Shown: piece by piece, positions 60,401-64,000 of the stretch
Layout of the letters: the number at the start of each line of letters is the position of its first letter
Position numbering within the stretch: the stretch's first letter is position 1
Assembly (NCBI RefSeq): GCF_016432865.1
Contig: NC_067400.1
Coordinates: 613,552,001 to 613,616,000 of the forward strand
Reading direction: 5' to 3'
Length of the DNA stretch: 64,000 nucleotides
Origin: Antechinus flavipes
Lineage: Eukaryota
Translations under genes and position numbers: made by a program
The notes under the pieces: model-generated
The model's input: only the letters and a program-made list of their open reading frames with translations
Told to the model about the DNA's origin: nothing
Databases searched by the model: none

Positions 60401-63073
60401 AGTCTCTGATCCCTGTCTTTTCTATTTCTGTCCCTGGGAGAGCTGGAGGCTGGGGGCCGGGCCACCGAAGGTGTGTGTGTGTGTGATGTGGGGGAGAGTA
60501 GGGGGCTTCCGTGCCCGCGCCAGCACGTGTGGCCCGTGTGCGCGCTCTGCGGGTCTGTTTGCACCCCGGCTGCTTGCAAGCTCCCGTGTGTCTGTGATTG
60601 TGTGGGGGGTTCTGTGCGTGTGAATCCGGAGGCCTTGCCGTGTGTGTGCGTGTGTGGAGGGTGCCAGTTGTCTGTGTGTATGTCTCTTGTGTAAATGTGT
60701 CGCCAGCGTTCTGTGCGGCTCCATCAATGTGATTGTTGCAGGCGTCCGTCTTGAGGGTTGTGTCACCGTGGGTGGGGGTGGGGTTGTGCCAACGGGACCC
60801 CGGGTGTCTCTAAAGGTATATGCGGTTCACACACGCACCCACTACACACAGTGCCCACGTCAGTGCCAAGAAAAGAGGCTGTTTCCGGATTTTCACCTGG
60901 TCCAGGCCTCACGCCACCCTGTCCCCATCCCCCACCAGCCGCCGGGGCCTCTCCTTCCCAGGGCCAGACCTAGATTTGGCCTCTAGTGACAGCCCCGACC
61001 CCCCTCCTCCACCTTCCGCCCCGCCGCCCCCGCACTACATTTCCCAGCATGCCCCGGGGAGTCCCTCTCCCCCCCCCACGTTGGTGGATGTCCCCGCCCC
61101 CACCCCCACCCTGAGAATGAATGGAGTGGCCGCCAGGGCCAGGGCGCTGCAGACCCCGGAGCTCTGAGGTGACCGGGCCAGGGTCGGGCCAGGTGCAAGA
61201 TGGCCACGGTCAACCCCAGCCCAGTCCGGTGGTGAGCCCGGCGCCTCCGCCCCATCCCATCGTGCAGGGCGGGGGCTGCAGAGCGTGTGTCTCGGAGTGG
61301 GATTGTGTGTGTGAGTGTGTGTGTGTGTGCGTGTGTGTTGGGGAGGATTGGGATCGCGTCTCCTGTGGTCATCTCAGTGTGCTTTTCTCGTGTGGCTGTG
61401 TGTGTCCGGAGATCCGTGCGCTTGTGCATTCATCTCGGTGGGTTGCGTTACCAGAGGTTTGGTCTTCTGTAAATCTTCAAGTGGCATTGTGTTAATCTGT
61501 GCATCCCACAACAATTCAACAAACGCCTACCGCCCTCCTACTGTGTACAAGGCCTCCGGTGGGATTGTCATTCGGGGAGTCTCAGTGTCCTCATCTGTCT
61601 AATGGGGCTGCGAATTCCTCCGCTCCGGGTCTCCGGGCCGAAGGAGGCGGAGGAACTGTTTTCTTTCGGGGTCAGGTGTGCAATTGCGTGACCCCTTGAC
61701 CCGAATTTGGGGTTGTGGAGGTGAAACAATGGGATCCAATTAGCCGATCGCCAAAATCCTTTCCGTTTCGCGATTCCCGGGGAAGGGGGAAGTGAGGCTA
61801 GGCGCGGGGAGGGCGGTAACTGTCTGATTTTGTGTCCTCCGGGTACGACCGAGCGGAGGGGTAGTCTACGCTGTGTATATACGCGTGTATGGTGTGTGGG
61901 GGGCGTAGTAGGAGAGTTAAGGGGGGGCAGGGACAGAGCCGGCGCTCCCCCCTCCCCCCGGGGGCCTTCGCGCTGCCGGGGATGCCTGCGGGCGTGGGCA
62001 CCACCTAGCGCTCAGTCGTTGGGGAGAGAGGGTCAGCTGTCTGAGCCAGGGAAGGGGAGGGCAGGGCTCTGCCCCTCTCTCCGCCCACTGGCGCCCGCCC
62101 AGGCGAGATCCCAGCCCCAAGCTCCTCCTCCTTCTTCCCAGCTTAACCAGTCCGCGACTCCCAAAGTTTCTGGGCCGCCACACTTTGGGGGCCACGGCCC
62201 CCGTCCCAGCGCCGCAGCACAATCTAGATGTTCAAGAGCCGAGCCTCTGCTTTTCTGCGCCTCCCGTGCACCCCAAGCCTAAGTCTAGCACCTCCAGCTT
62301 TTCAGTTCCCCGCCCCTCCCGCTGCGTTCCAGCTGGCTCCATACATTCTCCACCGGGACCTAGGGGTGCTGCTCCCAGACGCCCCCAGTGACCCGGCCAT
62401 ACTGTCCCAGGGCCTTCCGAAGCCCTAGGCGCCTGGGTCCCGGAGTCCACCCGGGCGTTTGCACCGGATCCAGGGGTTCCGGTGTCTCTTCCCCCCCCTC
62501 CCGCCCCCCACGACGTCCCGGGGCATTTCCCGGAGCCTTGCGCCAGACAGGGGTTCCAGTGCCCCCTCCCCCGCCTCCCGACGTCCCGGGGCGCTCCCAG
62601 AGGTTCGCACTAGCCTCGAGTTCGGGTGCCCCAGGCCCAAGTCCGGGGCATCTGCTCGGCTGACCCGGTGCGCTCTGCCTCCCCGCAGCCTGGGCGAGGA
62701 TTTCTACCGCGAGGCCATCGAGCACTGCCGCAGCTACAACGCGCGCCTGTGCGCCGAGCGGAGCATGCGTCTGCCCTTCCTCGACTCGCAGACCGGGGTG
62801 GCCCAGAACAACTGCTACATCTGGATGGAGAAGACTCACCGCGGGCCGGGTGAGGGGGCGGGGCCTCGCCGGGAGGGGCGGGGCCCGGGGCGGGGCCGGC
62901 GGAGGGGAGAAAGCGAGGGAGGGGGAGGCAGAAGCTTCAACAGCCTGGGCCCCTGTCCTCCCCAGGTCTGGCCCCTGGACAGATCTACACTTACCCGGCC
63001 CGTTGCTGGAGGAAGAAACGGAGACTCAATATCCTGGAGGACCCCAGGCTGCGGCCCTGCGAGTACAAGATCG
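59569..63073 (+). CDS. DPF1: Zinc finger protein neuro-d4 / BAF45b, 5' part (exons 1a, 2, 3; gene continues beyond window)
   Basis: Exons 59569-59600 ([11 protein letters not shown], donor GTGAGT), 62689-62849 ([53 protein letters not shown]), 62966-63073 ([36 protein letters not shown]). This is the Requiem N-terminal domain with DPF1-type residues; position is syntenic. Confidence 0.96.
61200..61231 (+). CDS. DPF1: Alternative first coding exon (1b) of DPF1, [10 protein letters not shown](C)
   Basis: caagATGG Kozak context; 32 nt ending at a phase-2 donor TG|GTGAGC that is compatible with exon 2. Resembles the recalled human alternative start ..SKMATVIPGPLS. Confidence 0.7.
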
Positions 63074-63329
63074 GTCCGTGGGGGGCCCCCAGCCCAGCCC
63101 CTGCCCCCAGTGTGAGCGTGGCCCAGCGTGAGCACCTGAGCCTATGTCTGAGCGTGTGCGGCCCCCAGGGCCCCGTGTTGGTGGTATTGAGTCTGGGGAG
63201 GGGGCTCGCGGGGGCTGAGGTCCTAGAGCGTCAATCGTAGCTTGAGAGCCAAGGGAACTTTAATCCGAGGTCACACGGATGGAAAGGAAGAGGAAGGCTT
63301 TGGACCAAGAACTCTGGGCTTGGTTACAC

Positions 63330-63520
63330 AGTATCTGACTGTAACTGGCGGTCAGAGGCCTTGCTAGTGTTGCAGTCAGGGAGATCTGAACTCAAATCCC
63401 GCCCCAGACCCTCGGGGTGAGATCTTGGGCAAGTTTCCTCCACCGGAAAATAAGAATAGCACTTGTAGTCCATAGGGTGGTTTTGAAGCTCCAGTGAGAT
63501 AATGTGTGTAAAACACCTCA
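63330..63520 (+). mobile_element. MIR-type SINE in DPF1 intron 3
   Basis: gagatctgaactcaaatccc..gatcttgggcaagtt..aataagaatagcact..gagataatgtgtgtaaaac. Confidence 0.6.
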
Positions 63521-63559
63521 AAGAGCTAGATGGGAGCCATCCTGAAAGTGTGATTGTAC

Positions 63560-64000
63560 CTGTGTGGTTGTGGGTGCGAGCGTCTGTGACTGTGTGTGTG
63601 AGTGTGTGGTGGGTGTGTGGTTATATCATGGTGGTGTGATTGTGTATAATTGTGTGTGCGAGTGTGTGTGTGTGTGTGTGGTGGGTATGTGTGTGTGTGT
63701 GTGGTGGGTGTGAGTGTGTGGTGGGTATGAGTGTGTGTGTGGTGGGTGTGAGTGTGTGTGGTGGGTGTGAGTGTGTGTGGTGGGTGTGAGTGTGTGTGTG
63801 TGGTGGGTGTGAGTGTGTATGTATGTGTATGGTGGGTGTGAGTGTGTGTGGTGGGTGTGAGTGTGTGTGAGTGTGTGGTGGGTGTGAGTGTGTGCGAGTG
63901 TCTCTGTGAGTGTGGGATGGTGTGTGATTGTATGTGTGCTTGTATATAATTGTGTGTGTGTGGTAGTGTGTGCGAGTGTGTGTGTAGTGGGTATGAGTGT
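63560..64000 (+). repeat. Compound (TG)n / gtgtgtgtggtgggtgtga low-complexity repeat in DPF1 intron 3
   Basis: Read directly; runs to the window end. Confidence 0.9.

Overview
Mammalian, very probably marsupial, genomic DNA. The species call is inferred from MAR1/WSINE-type CORE-SINEs and marsupial-type L1 3' ends. The draft assembly has two N gaps. The window is the block syntenic to human 19q13.2 and holds five protein-coding genes that I reconstructed exon by exon from splice sites and recalled orthologue sequences. YIF1B (+, 8 exons) has an apparent 1-nt frameshift in exon 2. C19orf33/IMUP/H2RSP (-, 4 exons) lies tail-to-tail with YIF1B. SPINT2/HAI-2 (-, 7 exons) has two Kunitz domains. 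PPP1R14A/CPI-17 (+, 4 exons) is divergent from SPINT2. The 5' part of DPF1/BAF45b (+) has two alternative first exons plus exons 2-3. The rest is mostly L1, L2, MIR/MAR1/WSINE, Tigger1 and LTR debris. The most notable observations are: all SPINT2 introns are phase 1 and in frame with C19orf33 exon 2, allowing a read-through soluble Kunitz chimera; tandemly duplicated GC-box/E-box/NRF1 modules upstream of SPINT2; an LTR-like element with ~92-95 bp near-perfect terminal inverted arms and a 6-bp TSD; an in-frame upstream ATG adding a 15-Ala extension to DPF1; apparently paralogous DPF1 first exons; a candidate RE1/NRSE site; and a 60-bp minisatellite. No database searches were run. Repeat family names and orthologue comparisons come from memory, and I see no evidence for a wholly new gene system.
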